Below, one piece after another: positions 26,889-39,958 of a DNA stretch of 64,000 nt. The DNA comes from Neodothiora populina. Taxonomy: Eukaryota. Each line of letters begins with the position of its first letter. Positions within the stretch are counted from its first letter, which is position 1. The position numbers were made by a program, and so were the translations under genes. The DNA lies in assembly GCF_041146345.1 (NCBI RefSeq), contig NW_027191402.1, positions 372,001-436,000 on the forward strand, written 5' to 3'. The notes under the pieces are model-generated. The model saw only the letters and a list, made by a program, of their open reading frames with translations. It made no database searches and was not told the DNA's origin.

Positions 26889-28246
26889 CTATACTAGCAG
26901 TTGAGTCGGGTTCGATTCCATAGTGCCTGGCGCCGTCTCTCGGGCGATATCGTCCGGCATGGCGTCCAATCTCGCATCATCGTATTTGCGCTTCTTGTTG
27001 GCATCTGTGCCTTCGGATCTCGTGTTTTGTTGTGGAGCCCTGGTTGTTGATGCTTTCGAGTCCGCACCGCCTGCCTTGTTCTTAGCCTTCTTCTCCGCCC
27101 TGGTTTCCTTCTTAATTGAAGTCTCAAGACGCTGATCGACAGCTTCTGCCATGGCGAGATATTCCTCATCATAGTTCATGATCTTGACCAAGTCTGTGTA
27201 AGTCTTGCTTTGATTCATAGGTCGGTAACATGGGGACTTTCCGGGAATCATTTGTCCTAGTAGGTACTTGGTGTTGCCCCAGCGATTTTCCACAGACATT
27301 GCAAGCTTGACATACTCCTTGACAATTTCCTCCCATGGAGCTCGACCGCCATCAGCTTCCAGGCGGAAGCAGGAAGGATTGGTCTCCGCTGCTGTGGCTA
27401 TCATAGCTCCATCTACACCATACTCCTGGACTAGTTTGTTTGCTTCTTCTCTGGACGTGACATCACCGTTCATCAGACATGCAACGCCGGCTTCGCGACA
27501 GATGTCGCCTACCATACGTAATTGATCTCTGATAGCACGTTCCCGCGGTCTCATGGGCGTTGTGCGGCAATGAAGAGTTAGGCCCGTGATACCAGTGGCC
27601 ACCAGTTTTCGCACTAATTCAGCTGTCTGCTCCGGTGTATCCAGTAGTCGAATTTTCACACTTATACCAATCTCGAATGGAATGCCAACCTCTGCGACCA
27701 GAGCATCTAGTATTGAGCATAGAGTGTCTGGTGTTTGCAGCAGGGCGGCACCCATACCACCACTTGTGCTAAAAGGTTTGGGACATCCCGCATTTACGTC
27801 AATCCCAGCAACATCGCCAGCAATCAGCTTTGCTGCTTGGACTGCAGTGGCAGGATTAGCAGTCCCGATCTGGTGTATCAATCGGCGTCCCTCTTGTTCA
27901 GGATGCAGGCGAAAGATGACACTTTCACGCTGTCCCGAGGCGAGATTAGGATTTGATGCACCACTAGCTGACGGCTTTGTAAAGTCGATGGTCTTAGTAA
28001 CAGGATTGACTCGCCGAGTTGTACCAATCAAGGCCTTATCGACGGTCTCGGGACCTTGACATTCAACGTTAGTATGCACATATTTCATCGTGCAATTTAG
28101 TCGGTTATTTCTTTACCCCATACGAGATCAGCACCATATCTCAGTGCAAGAAGCCGCGAGGGGCATTCGCCAGAGCGCACCATGGGCGCAAGCACCAGCT
28201 TGCCACGGTAATCAACCCCATTCTTGGGAATAGCCCTTTTGGCCAT
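26889..28246 (-). CDS. DUS2: tRNA-dihydrouridine synthase (Dus2/Smm1 type)
   Basis: Exons 28246-28117 and 28054-26889. LVLAPMVRSGE...LRYGADLVWGPETVDK, QIGTANP, GIDVNAGCPKPFSTSGGMGAALL, SVKIR, LHCRT, NGDV. Confidence 0.92.
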
Positions 28247-29236
28247 GATTCTTAACATGTATGTGAGAGTTGTTATCACTCCTTTAATACCACAAGTCAA
28301 AAAAGTCAGCGGATGACGTGGAGAACGTGATGAACTTCGAGTGAGATGGCAGAACCCCGGTAATCTTTGCCTGCGGATGGGTAGCGTAAGCGATCGAATA
28401 CTGTTGTTTGATTGGGCCCCGTGACAACAACTCTATCTGATTGGTGTATCACGGGCGCAAGTGATTTAGATTACAGCAAATCTGCACAAGCCTGTGGGGA
28501 TTGATTAAACTGCTTGTAGCAGCTTAAGACATTCCGACTTTCGCTGTAGCCATGCGGCGGGAATACCGCGTCGTGGACCAAGTTTCCGGCTCAATCATGG
28601 ACCCTCTGTGTCCCTGTCTGAATACGCGATCATCACTGTGCCAAAACCCCTTGACAAGCCTAACAAACTTTGACGTTGCAGTAGTAAGGCATGACACTGC
28701 AGTGCCCAACAGCGTGATCTTGTGTCATATATTTGTCCATCCACTGGATAATAGACACTTGCTGTTCCACAAGGTAATTCTTCATGACCTGACGTCTGTC
28801 GGCAGGGCAGCGAGCTTCACACGTGACCAATCTCTAAACAATGTCAACATTCTCCGTAGCAGTAGGATCGAGATTGTATCGTGTATCGTTGTATTCCGTA
28901 CATAGGCCTTGGCATCTGAATCCAGACCATTTTATTACAGTAATTAGAGGCGTTGAAAGTGCTTAACACTGGATTGATCTTTACTTCGATGGCTTACTTG
29001 CTTGTACGCAACTTCCCTTTCACACATTCGAATCGTGGCTGTTCGAGACTGCTGCCGACGCAGTTTGATCCTTGAACGGATCTCACTCTGCGTTATACCG
29101 ATTACACTTTCTATCCGCGTAATGCGCTCTTGCGCCTAATTTCTACTATTATTACGCTTGTTTCCGAAGCTTGACACTTCACGCTCCCTTGTCCTTCAAA
29201 CACTTGTCTTGGTGAGGTGCCGCGAAGTCAGCATAC

Positions 29237-32200
29237 ATGGATCCTCGCGACGGCTTGCAGCCTGCGATCCATAACAGCGGAGCAGCCTCTCCATTTGCGT
29301 CACAGGATGATCCTCAGACTACCGATGCAGCTGCATCGACCGTGAGGGCTGATGATGGCGTTGCCAGCGAGCCGCAGGCACCGGGAGGGCGAACAGGTGG
29401 TCAACCAGCCGAACCCGAAGGCACCACCGTAGATGGCGCCTCGAATGATGCCGTGGTCTATGGCACTCGTTCACGCAACAGATCATCCAACGCTCGGCCG
29501 AATTATAATGTTGACTTCGAAGATGACTATGATGACCTCGTCGCCGCTCCATCTACAAAGTCCACGGTTGCCAAAATTGCCGCCTCTACGAAAGCCGTAT
29601 CCGAGACCAAGCGCGCTGCCACTGCGAACGAGCCCGAGCAATCCGAGAAATCTCCGTCAGATCAAACTGCAACATCAAGCAACCCGCCACGCAAACGAAA
29701 GGCCGGTGGCAATTCAAGTACTGGAGTTACTACTCCGGCTTATGTACCAGCAGCTAACCAGTCCCGCGCATTCAATATGATGACCTTTGAGAAGTCCAAG
29801 GTCGTATTGAAAAAGGGTGCTTTGGTGGCTGACGATGGTGCTGTTCTCCACGTTGATGGTAAGTCTGATGTTTCTGTATATGGCTGCGCGTCACATTGCA
29901 AATTGTATCGTAATGTCACTGACCCGTCAAGATCATGTATATCTCGTGTGTGAACCTCCAGGCGACCCATACTATCTATGTAGGATTATGGAGTTCTTAC
30001 ACACAAACTCGGAGGATCCGAAGTCTCCTGTAGATTCGATACGTGTCAATTGGTTTTACCGACCACGAGACGTTCAGCGTCACAACAGCGACACACGTCT
30101 GGTATACGGGACCATGCACTCTGATGTTTGCCCCCTCACTTCCCTGCGTGGCAAATGTCAAATCTTGCATCGATCAGAAATTCCAAATCTGGATGACTAT
30201 CGCAAAGGCACGGATTGCTTTTGGTACAGTCAAATTTTCGACCGCTTCATTCGTCGATTCTATGAATTGATCCCCACATCTGAGATCATTAACGTTCCGG
30301 ACAAGGTCAAGAAAGCCCTGGACGAACGCTGGAAATACATCGCTGTGGAAGTTGGTAGAGTCAAGGAACTAACGAGCGCTGTAAAATTGTGCAAACGCTG
30401 CTCACAGTTCTGTGCTAGGTAAGCAGAATCTGACTCATTTCGACCACGAGACACTTACAGAGGCCAGCAACGACTCCGTGGATTGCGCGATCTGCAAAAA
30501 TTCATACCACATGAACTGCGTTCGCCCGCCATTGCCTAAGAAACCTACAAGAGGTTTCGCATGGGCTTGTGGACCGTGCAGTCGAGCTCAAGAAAAGAAA
30601 TTGGAAGCCCGTCAAACTCCAGTTTTGGGCCAGGCCACGAGTGCGACGGAAGAAGACGAGATTTTCGAGGAAGAAGAAGAGGATCCTGCCCAGCTAGACA
30701 GCACGCGGGCGCCCAGCCCAAGTTCGGAGATCGTGACCGACCAGCATCCTGGCACTCAGGCTGAAATCGCGATGGCAAAGATGTGGCCTTTCCGCTACCT
30801 GGGCATCCACTGCAGAGTCGAGGATGCATTGCAGTATGATGACCGTGCAATTTATCCGAGAGCTAGCTCCCGCCTTGGGCCTCGACATCAGGCCAACGTT
30901 AACATATGGCACGGACGACCGGTCGAATTGGTCAAACCTGCTGATATCAAGAAGCGTTACGTCAAAAGCAGCAGTCACAAGAAGGATGGCAAATTATCGA
31001 AGGAAACACTTGCTGCTATCGAAGCAGACCGGGTAGAGAAGGCTAAGCGACCGAAATGGGTACAGGATGAACCTCCTGGCTACGTCCATCGTGGCGGAGA
31101 CTACCCGCCGGATGATCCTAGGAGTACTGCTCAGCTCCTCTTCAAGATGCCAGAAGGATCTGAGCTCTCGACAGATATAAAAGAAGACCATGCTTCACCT
31201 CCTGTGGTAGACAATGCATTTGTGGACGACTACGTATCACGAGCGAAAGGTCTCGCAAGCTCAATCCGGGCTGCTGAGTATGGGTGCAACTTCCTCGACA
31301 AAGCACTGAAGCTCCTGATAGACGAAGATTTCGATAAAGAGAAAGCTTTGCAGAAGCTTGCCAAAGTGGATGGACACAAAGATCTCAAAGAGCCTGTGCT
31401 CACCGAGGACGAGCTGAAGAGATTCGAAGACGGTGTATCAAAATATGGCTCAGAGCATCGCTCTGTTCGTCTGCACATGAAGACCACCCTGCCCAACTCC
31501 ACAATCGTGCGCTTTTATTATCTATGGAAGAAAACGCTCCGTGGTAAACAGATCTGGGATCACTATGGAGGGAGAAAAGGAAAGAAGCGACAGAACATGG
31601 ATGCGGCAGCCAAGATGCAGGCGCAAGTTGCTCATGATCTGGACGACTCGGCGTTTGATACCGCCAAAGCAGAAACACACAAGCGCGGCTTTCAGTGCAA
31701 ATTCTGCTCGACGAAGCACTCCCGCCAATGGCGACGAGCTCCTGGCGTAACGCCTGGGCAGACTGTGCCGGCTGATGGTGGAAAAGGAGTAAAGGACAAG
31801 GGCAATCGGCTCATGCTGGCACTCTGTGGCCGATGCGCTGGCCTGTGGCGTCGCTATGCCATTCAGTACGAAGACCTAGACGAAGCTACCAGGAAGGCAG
31901 CGCAGAATGGTGGTCGGGGCTTGAAGAGAAGAATCGATGAGGAATTATTGCGCGAGGTACTCGCTGCGCACGAAACACCACCGGCTGGAACGCCAGAAGC
32001 TGCGAATGTACCAGTTCCCTCTATCGAATCCTCAGCCGAGCCGCCGAAAAAGAAGAGCAAGACAGCAGCAGAAGACAAGAAGAAGGAGAAGGCTGCCCCG
32101 CCGCCGAAGTTACCAACCCCGCCACCGCCCCCTATCATACCCGACGAGCCCAGATGGAGAGATCTACCGTGTGCTGTGTGTAAACTACTAGACGCGTCTG

Positions 32201-34357
32201 GAGAGCTTCCTGTATCTTGCGGCCACTGTAAGATGACCGTACACAAAAGATGCTTCGGGCTTGCGGATCAAGTGCTACCTGCCAAATGGATATGTGAGCA
32301 ATGCGCCAACGACCGTAATCCTGTTGTGTCAACTGTAAGTATACTGCGTGTGGCGATAGCAATATGAAGATGATGGGCTTCTCACTGATTGAACTCGATA
32401 GGATTATGCATGTACCCTGTGCACAGTGGAAGAAACGCCACAGGAACTGCTCGAGCCGCCGAGGGTGTCCCACAAGAAGAAGACTGACAGGGAACGCGAG
32501 AAAGAACGGCTAGAGAAGGAACTAACTGAGAAGGCTAAGCTGGAGTACAGGGATCGTCAGATGGAACTCAGCCGGCCAGTCATGCCCCGCGAGGCTCTCA
32601 AGCGTACAGACGGCAACAATTGGGTCCACGTATTGTGCGCTGTGTGGACACCAGAAATTCGCTTCAGCCGGGCCAGCAAGCTGGAAAGAGCTGAGGGGTT
32701 CAGTGCTATACCGATAGAGAGATATGAAGCGACTTGCAAGCTATGCAAGAACAATAAGCATGGCTCATGTGTCTCATGTCTACAGTGCAAAGCCAACTTT
32801 CACGTTGGCTGTGCTGCTGAAGCCGGGTACACCTTTGGGTTTGACGTGACCCCAATCAAGGGTTCACGCAAGGACCAGGTCGTGACTGTCACACTAGGAG
32901 AAGAAAACGGGGCTCTGACTGCAGCTATCTGGTGCAAAGAACACACTGTCAAGACGACTGTCCATCAGATCAGCGAAGCTACCGACGACAGCGGAAGTAA
33001 TGCGCTTCAGTTATACGTCGAGAACTACAAGCAGGCAGATCAGACTCTTACGGGAACAGCTCGAAAGGCAAATCTTCTGAGCCAGTCTACCAAATTTGCT
33101 TCGCACGCTTCCGCCCCGGTTGCGGGGTTCAACCGCCGAGTTTCTACTGCAAGTATGGGTGGAAGAGGCGCCAGGCATTCATCTGTAGGCGCAATACGTG
33201 CTGGAGACCATGGCGATAGCCCTTTCGAAGACGCGGCAGGGGAAGAGAGGCTGCGGCGGTGTATTACTTGTGGGATCGATGTCAGTCCAAAATGGTGGGA
33301 GGCGGAGCTTCATTCGACACCGATTGCATTCGTCCGAGGCGTGGATGGAAGCATACGAGAGGGCAAGCTTGGTGGCACACCAGATGGCATATCGCAGTCG
33401 AATGGTCAGGGCATTAAACAAGAATTTGTCAACGGGGAAGCAGATGTCGCGCCAAAGCAAGGAGATGATGTGAAGGATGGCCTTGTGGAATATCAGTGCC
33501 ACAAGTGTCACTGGAAGATGCTACATAACCCTAAGGCCGGACCAGAGACGAGCAGAGATGTGTCTTCGCCACCACGGCAGTCGACTGCTCCCCCTATCAC
33601 TGCACCTCCTACATGGATTGGAGCGACTGAGGAGACGTTGCCGGGCAATCTGCTGCATCCACAGGTTCATGCGGCGCCTAATGGGGCGCCGATGGAGGCG
33701 GTTCCAGAGGTAAGAAGGGTTCCAGAAGTGTTACCCACAGCCCCGGCGCCCATCATGCCATATGCACCCGTGAATGGTCCAAGCCTAGGAGCGCCCGCAC
33801 GTCCGAGCAACGGGAGCAACGGTATCAACGGTGTTGCGGGTCCGAATATGATCAACGGACTGAACGGGACCAGCCATGGATATGGACATTCGCTCCCAGG
33901 CGCGGCAGGTCTACACTATATCAGCGGTCACGAGCAACTGAGTGGGCGACATGGTCCTGGGCTCTACATGGGTGGACAGGGCATAGCTCCACCACCGCCG
34001 CCACCACAGCAGGTCAGCGCTCCACCGAGCAGTATGCAAGGAAGCGCGCCGCACCCACCGCACCCACCGCAGCCGATTGGAGACAACGCAAGGCGATCGC
34101 CGCAGGTTATCGTGACTTCACCGACGTACATACCAGGAGCATCGATGGACCAAGGACCTCAATTCGCAGCCGCACGCGGAGGTCGAGAGAATGGGTACGT
34201 CGGGGTACAGCAAGCACCGGCGGCCGCGGGTCAACATGGTAGCCCTGTGGCAAGCATGAGGCGGCCAGAAACACCGAGAGATGGATCGGCCGAGGGTCGG
34301 CTGCCGAGCAATGCAGGAGCTAGCGCGAGTCCAAGTCTACGAAACCTGCTGCACTGA
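29237..34357 (+). CDS. SNT2: BAH/PHD/ELM2/SANT/GATA-like chromatin regulator and E3 ligase Snt2
   Basis: Four exons (introns near 29859-29931, 30419-30467, 32335-32401). BAH domain (VCEPPGDPYYLCRIMEF, VNWFYRPRDV), PHD (CAICKNSYHMNCVRPPL...WACGPC), SANT (FEDGVSKYGSEH), a GATA-like C4 and further PHD/ePHD fingers (WVHVLCAVW). Confidence 0.92.
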
Positions 34358-35474
34358 GGGAGGGAGGTAGATGCAGATAACTACACAGGACAGATGTAAG
34401 ATAGAATTGGTCGTGTATAACAACAAGGAGCGGCAGGAGTCAAGTGGCTGGCGGTAGGATAAAAGGCACATGGCAAAAGGCACAAGGCGTCCGGCACAAT
34501 TCATCTGGAGAGCTTTGAGGAGCCAAGCTAGGTGCTCTAGAGCTAATGAGAGTTTTTTGATTTTACCAAAATACTGTACAATGTGAGAGCCGACAGCTGT
34601 CACACTAATTGGAATGAAACCATGAATCTTTCGATCTGCTTGCAAGTAATTAGTAACTATTCTTTATACAAGCAATCGATGTCTAAATTATAATTGACAA
34701 TGATATTATTCGTGCCTGATATTCTTATATCTCTATTCCTTGACTTACTCGCTGTTGTCGTTCTCGTCAGACTTCTTTCATCGTCCATCGTCCAAGTGTC
34801 GTGCTCACATGGAATATCGCGTCTATCCGACTCTAAATCAAGGGATTTTTACACGAAGTCTGGATAATCGAGGGCAACCCTGTCTCCGTCCCGCCATCTA
34901 CCCAGCAGGGCACTCTCCTAGCAGAGTATAGTAAACCAGCACTCTATATAGAAGAGAAGATAAGTGCCCGCTTTGGGTGATACTACTATGGCTGAACTTT
35001 CTATGCTGTAGCTGGAATAATGATGTTCACGTCGTTTTTACTGTTGATGTGCATGGAAGCGGTGGGTGTGAGTGTAAGCGAGCGATAATCTCTTACGTTC
35101 TTCTGATGATGGATGTCGAGGTGATCTCGAAGTAACACTTGTGCTTACGTGCTGCATCTCCGACTTTCTGTCCTTTGTTGTTTCCAGGACACGTGTATAT
35201 GTGATCTTGACTTGCCACTTTTCTGTGTTTAATTCTTTACACATGTTGGGTAGGGATATACATACATAGACAGATACTTGCACCGACGAGTGAGGCTCGA
35301 GACTTGAGGTACGATGAAATCTCATGGCTACTCTCGTCATTTGTGCTACGATAAGAAACAGGAGAAGGGAGTTCAAAACAGGAGGATATTGACGCCGATC
35401 ACAGCTCCTGCCCTGTCTCAGAGAATGGAGAAAATGAACATTTACTACATGTGATATTTGAAGCCGGAACCAAT

Positions 35475-38400
35475 CTAGATACCCAGATCCTCGAGATACT
35501 TACGAGCGAGCTCAAGGGCATCATCGACCTTATCGACCTGAGTTCCCTGGCCGAGACTGGTCGCTCCCTTACCGCCAGCCTTGCCTCCAACAGCGCCAGC
35601 GACCGCGCTCGACCACTTGACGGCGTCTGCGCCCTTTGCCTTTGCGTCGTCGGACACGTGGCAGCCGTGCGCGACCTTCTCGTCGTCGGCTGCGATCAGG
35701 TAAATGGTCTTGTCCTTGTTCTTGGAGCTGATGGCCTTGAAGGCCTCGCTCAGGGCCTTTGAATTTGCGGAGATGGGCAGGCGCACGACGAGCTTCTTCG
35801 AGTCTGGGTTCTTGGTGAAGTGCTCGTTTATCGTGTCCATGACCTTTTTGTTCTCGGCCTTCATGGCGGCTTTTTGGTGGTCGGTGTTTTCCTGTGTGTA
35901 GTGTTTTAGTGGTTTCTGTTAGGAAGGAAGAAGAACAAAAGAGACTTACCTTGGTGATCTTGGCAAATCGCTCCTTGAGCTGACTCTTGGTCACTGCGGA
36001 GATGGCCAGTTGGTTGAGCTGCACCTGGATCTGCTTGCACTTCTGCTCCTTCTCGGCGCTGTAAGGCATCTTCTCCAGACGAGCAATCTCCTCTGCGAAT
36101 TCGTTGGCCTCGCGCTGCACGTCGTGTGCGGCCTGGCCAGTCACGGCGATGATACGACGGATACCCTTGGCGATACCACTCTCTTCCAGAATGACCAGGT
36201 CCTTGATCTCGCCAGTCTTGTCGACGTGGGTACCTCCGCAGAACTCGATGCTGACGTTCGACCATTCGGGGTTTCTGACGTCCTCGAGAAGCTGCTCGAC
36301 GGGGACACCGACACTGACAACACGCACAGGATCGGGGTAGGTCTCGCCGAACACGGCGCGAACGCTGTTGATCTGCTTGGCAGTGCTGAGAGGTACATCA
36401 AGAGCATACACGACACCGTTCTGACGGATATAGGCAGTGCTCTTGTCCTCGACCTCGCGGAGCTCCTTGTCCGACATGGCGGCCTTGTGGCTGAAATCGA
36501 AGCGCAGCTTTTCAGGAGAGACGAGCGAACCCCTCTGGTTGATCTCGTCACCGAGAACCTCACGAAGCGCAAAGTTGAGAATGTGGGTACCAGTGTGGTT
36601 GTTGCGAATGGGGTGACGACGGAGCTCGTCGTACTCGCAGAGAACAGTGTCGTTGAGCTTGAAATTTCCGTAGGTCATTTGTCCAGTGTGAAGAACGTAG
36701 CCCGCGTACACTTGGACATTCTGGACGTCCAGCTCGGCCTCGCCATCGATGACAATCTTTCCTGTGTCAAACTCCTGGCCACCTTGCTCGGCGTAGAAGT
36801 TCGTCTTGTCGAGGATGAGACCGAATTGCTCACCCTCGGGAATGTCCTTGGTGCTCTCAACGAATTGCTTGTTGTAGTAGATTGCCTTGATGTTGGCGTT
36901 GATGTTCGCGCGACCGAACTTGGGGCTGTCGTCCGTCTTGGGCACGTCGTTCATGCCTTCGAGCTTGCCCAGATCGTGCACATCGAGCTTGACCAGACCG
37001 ACTGCAGCCTTCTTCTCGCCCTTACTTGCTTCCTTGGCCTTGGCCTGAGCCTCTGCGACAGATTCGTCGTTGATGGCAAGACCGCGCTCCTCGGCCATTA
37101 GGCTGGTGAGATCCACAGGGAAACCGTAAGTGTCGTAGAGGCGCCATACGTCTGCACCAGACAACTCCTTGAGACCTTGGTCTTTGCACTGCTGGGCGTA
37201 CTTCTCGAACATGTTCTCACCGCGATCAAGCGTCTTTGCAAAGGACAGCTCCTCCTCGTCGAGAATTTCCTTGACGTCCTGCTCCTTCTTCTTGATCTCA
37301 GGGAACATGCCACCCATCTGCTCGACGAGGGTGGGGACGAGCCTGGAGAAGAAGTCTCCGATCTCAGTGTTCAAATACTTGCGCGCGTAACGAGCGCCTC
37401 TACGGAGGACGCGACGAACGACGTAGCCACGTCCAACATTGTTCGGCACACCACCGTCAGCGATGGCGAATGTGAGCGTACGGACGTGGTCAGCGACGAC
37501 ACGGTAAGCAGTGTCAATACCATCAGCATCCTCCTCGCCGAATCTGCCTTGGTACTCGCGGACTCCAGTCATTTCCTGGATGCGCTTAAAGAGGGGCGTG
37601 AAGACATCAGTGTCGTAGTTGGACATTGCGTCCTGAAGAACCGAGACCAGACGCTCAAATCCCATGCCAGTGTCGACGTGCTTGTTAGGCAGCGATCGCA
37701 ATGACTTGTCAGACTCTCTGTTGTATTGAATAAACACATTGTTCCAGATCTCGAGCACATTGGGGTCGTCCATGTTCACAAGGTGTGCAGCATTGCGGCC
37801 TCCGATACGGTCATAGTGGACCTCACTGCAGGGTCCACAAGGACCTTGGTCGCCCATCTCCCAGAAGTTGTCCTTCATGTTACCAGGAAGGATGTGATCC
37901 TCGGCGACACCGACAGACTTCCACATCTCCTTGGCTTCCAAGTCAGGCTCCAGACCACCAGCTGCATCACCCTCGAAGTAAGTCACATAAAGTCTGTCAG
38001 CCTCGAGGCCGTAGACCTTGGTGAGAAGCTCCCATGAACAGGTGATGGCTTCCTTCTTGAAGTAGTCACCGAAACTCCAATTACCCAGCATCTCGAAGAA
38101 AGTGTGATGGTAACTGTCCTTGCCGACATCGTCAAGGTCATTGTGCTTACCACCAGCGCGAATGCACTTTTGTCATAGTCAGTCATTCAGGTCGAGGAAA
38201 GAAAGAAAGCCGAAAAAATAATAGATTTGGCTGCTTCGCGAGGCACGCAAACATACCTTTTGCGAGTTGACAGCACGCTTCAATTGCGCAAAATCAGACT
38301 GGGGATCGACAGTTCCAAGGAAAATCGACTTGTACTGGTTCATACCAGCATTGGTGAAAAGGAGAGTAGGGTCCGACAAAGGGACAACAGAAGAAGATGG

Positions 38401-38603
38401 CACTATGACTACGTTAACCTACTGCTATATGGGTGGCGTGGCGCTGCTTTCTTGCTGCTGGGGCCACAGAGCAGCTAATCAAGCGGGAGGGAAAAAACAA
38501 GAGACCTACCGAAAGTGTGGCCATTCTTCTTGAAATAATCGAGAAAAGTATCTCGAACTTTGGCAGCGGGCCACTGGAGCTGTTTCTCCGTCAAAGAAGC
38601 CAT
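35475..38603 (-). CDS. ALA1: Alanyl-tRNA synthetase
   Basis: Four exons (introns ~38509-38403, 38256-38167, 35949-35892). [58 protein letters not shown], editing-site NHTGTH and EFCGGTH, and a C-Ala GGKAGGK tail. Confidence 0.98.
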
Positions 38604-38893
38604 GCTGAGAGGTCGTGTTGTGGTTATTGAACGATATGTGAACAATCGTTGGTGCAGGAAAGTTCTAGGCTTCAAGTGGTGATACGGAAATTCGGCGTGA
38701 GTCAATCCACGTCCGCAACTGCTCGCCCACTTAATCTGCATCCACTTTTGCAAGACCAGAGCGAGACCTAGATTATACGCGAAAAGCAGCCTCTCGTCTT
38801 GTATTGTTTTTGATTCTCTATATTTCGGAATAAAATAACTGCCGAGGTCGCGCAAAGTGTTGGATAAGGCGTTTATTGGGATGGTGAGGCAGA

Positions 38894-39670
38894 ATGAATG
38901 GTGTTCAAGCGGAGGTGATGAACGGAGAAACACAAGCACAACCGCGTGGAATCAAGCGTCTCCAAGATGATTCTGTGGACGATGACCAGCGATTCACGAA
39001 GCGCTTTCATTTACTAAATCTAGGTTTGTCACACTGTTTACTGTCTAGACGTCTTACACATCTTTAGAAAATCACTGACGCTTCTTCTGTAGACAACAAC
39101 AACAATAGACTCTATGTCCCCGTTCCGACCCAGCCGGCACAGCTGCAGCAGCAAGCGCAGCAAGCGCAGCAAGCGCAGCAGCCAAAACCAAACACAAAGT
39201 CAGGAGGAGGCACCGAAGATGACTATATGCAACTCGACGACACCAAAGACCGAGTGTACATTCACAACCTCGACGACGAACTATCCGACATCGAATCCTC
39301 GGAACCAGACCGACTGATATTCCTGCCCGACATTGAGAAGCAGCTGAGCAAAATACCCAAGCACGTGCTGACAGGAGAGAATGACAATGCCAATTCATCA
39401 TCATCGGCGAGCTCGTCGCTGACAAAGGGTCAGGAATTGGTGCTGTACGCCGTGCCGTCTTCCCTATCGGTGCCGGCGGAAAAGGACAGCGTGCGCAAGG
39501 CTATCCTGGAGTCGCGACGGAGAGCCATGGACAAGTCGGCAAGAGATGCGGCTGAGATGATCAGCAGAGGACCGGATAACCCTGAAATTGCCCATGGTCT
39601 GGACACAGAAGACTATTTACTGGATGACGAAGAGGTTGAAGACGACCCGGACGCGATGGAGATTGAGTGA
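38894..39670 (+). CDS. Small conserved-type fungal hypothetical protein (acidic, partly disordered)
   Basis: Exon 1 38894-39023 (MNGVQAEV...DDQRFTKRFHLLNL), intron 39024-39092 (GTTTGT..CACTGAC..TGTAG), then exon 2 in frame with MQLDDTKDRVYIHNLDDEL...ELVLYAVPSSLSVPAEKDSVRKAILESRRR. Confidence 0.75.
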
Positions 39671-39958
39671 TCGGCTGCCTGCGACCGACTCACAGTGACG
39701 AGGAAGAAGCAGCACATACTGTATAATATACCTCTAGCGTCACTTCCACGCACGATAATGTAACAAACGAATAATGAACATGAAAAACTTTCTGAAGAAA
39801 AAGCTTGCCGAACCAGTCGACAGCGGTCTATTTTGATTATATTGCTATCTACATATACTATATACTGGTGAACCACATCCATGATTCAAATTTGTTGAGC
39901 AACGCGAAGGGGGAATCAGTTTACCATAAACAACAACACGCAAGACTGTCCAGCACGA

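Noticed and set aside
35020..35106. ATGATGT...CTGA resembling a C/D box snoRNA
   Set aside because: The C box is imperfect, and I could identify no terminal stem or rRNA guide complementarity.
36010..37101. 363-aa ORF antisense to ALA1 (similar ones lie opposite KRE33, ERG10, SNU114 and KEX2)
   Set aside because: In-register antisense ORFs are expected for highly biased, C-ending codon usage, and there is no independent evidence for them.
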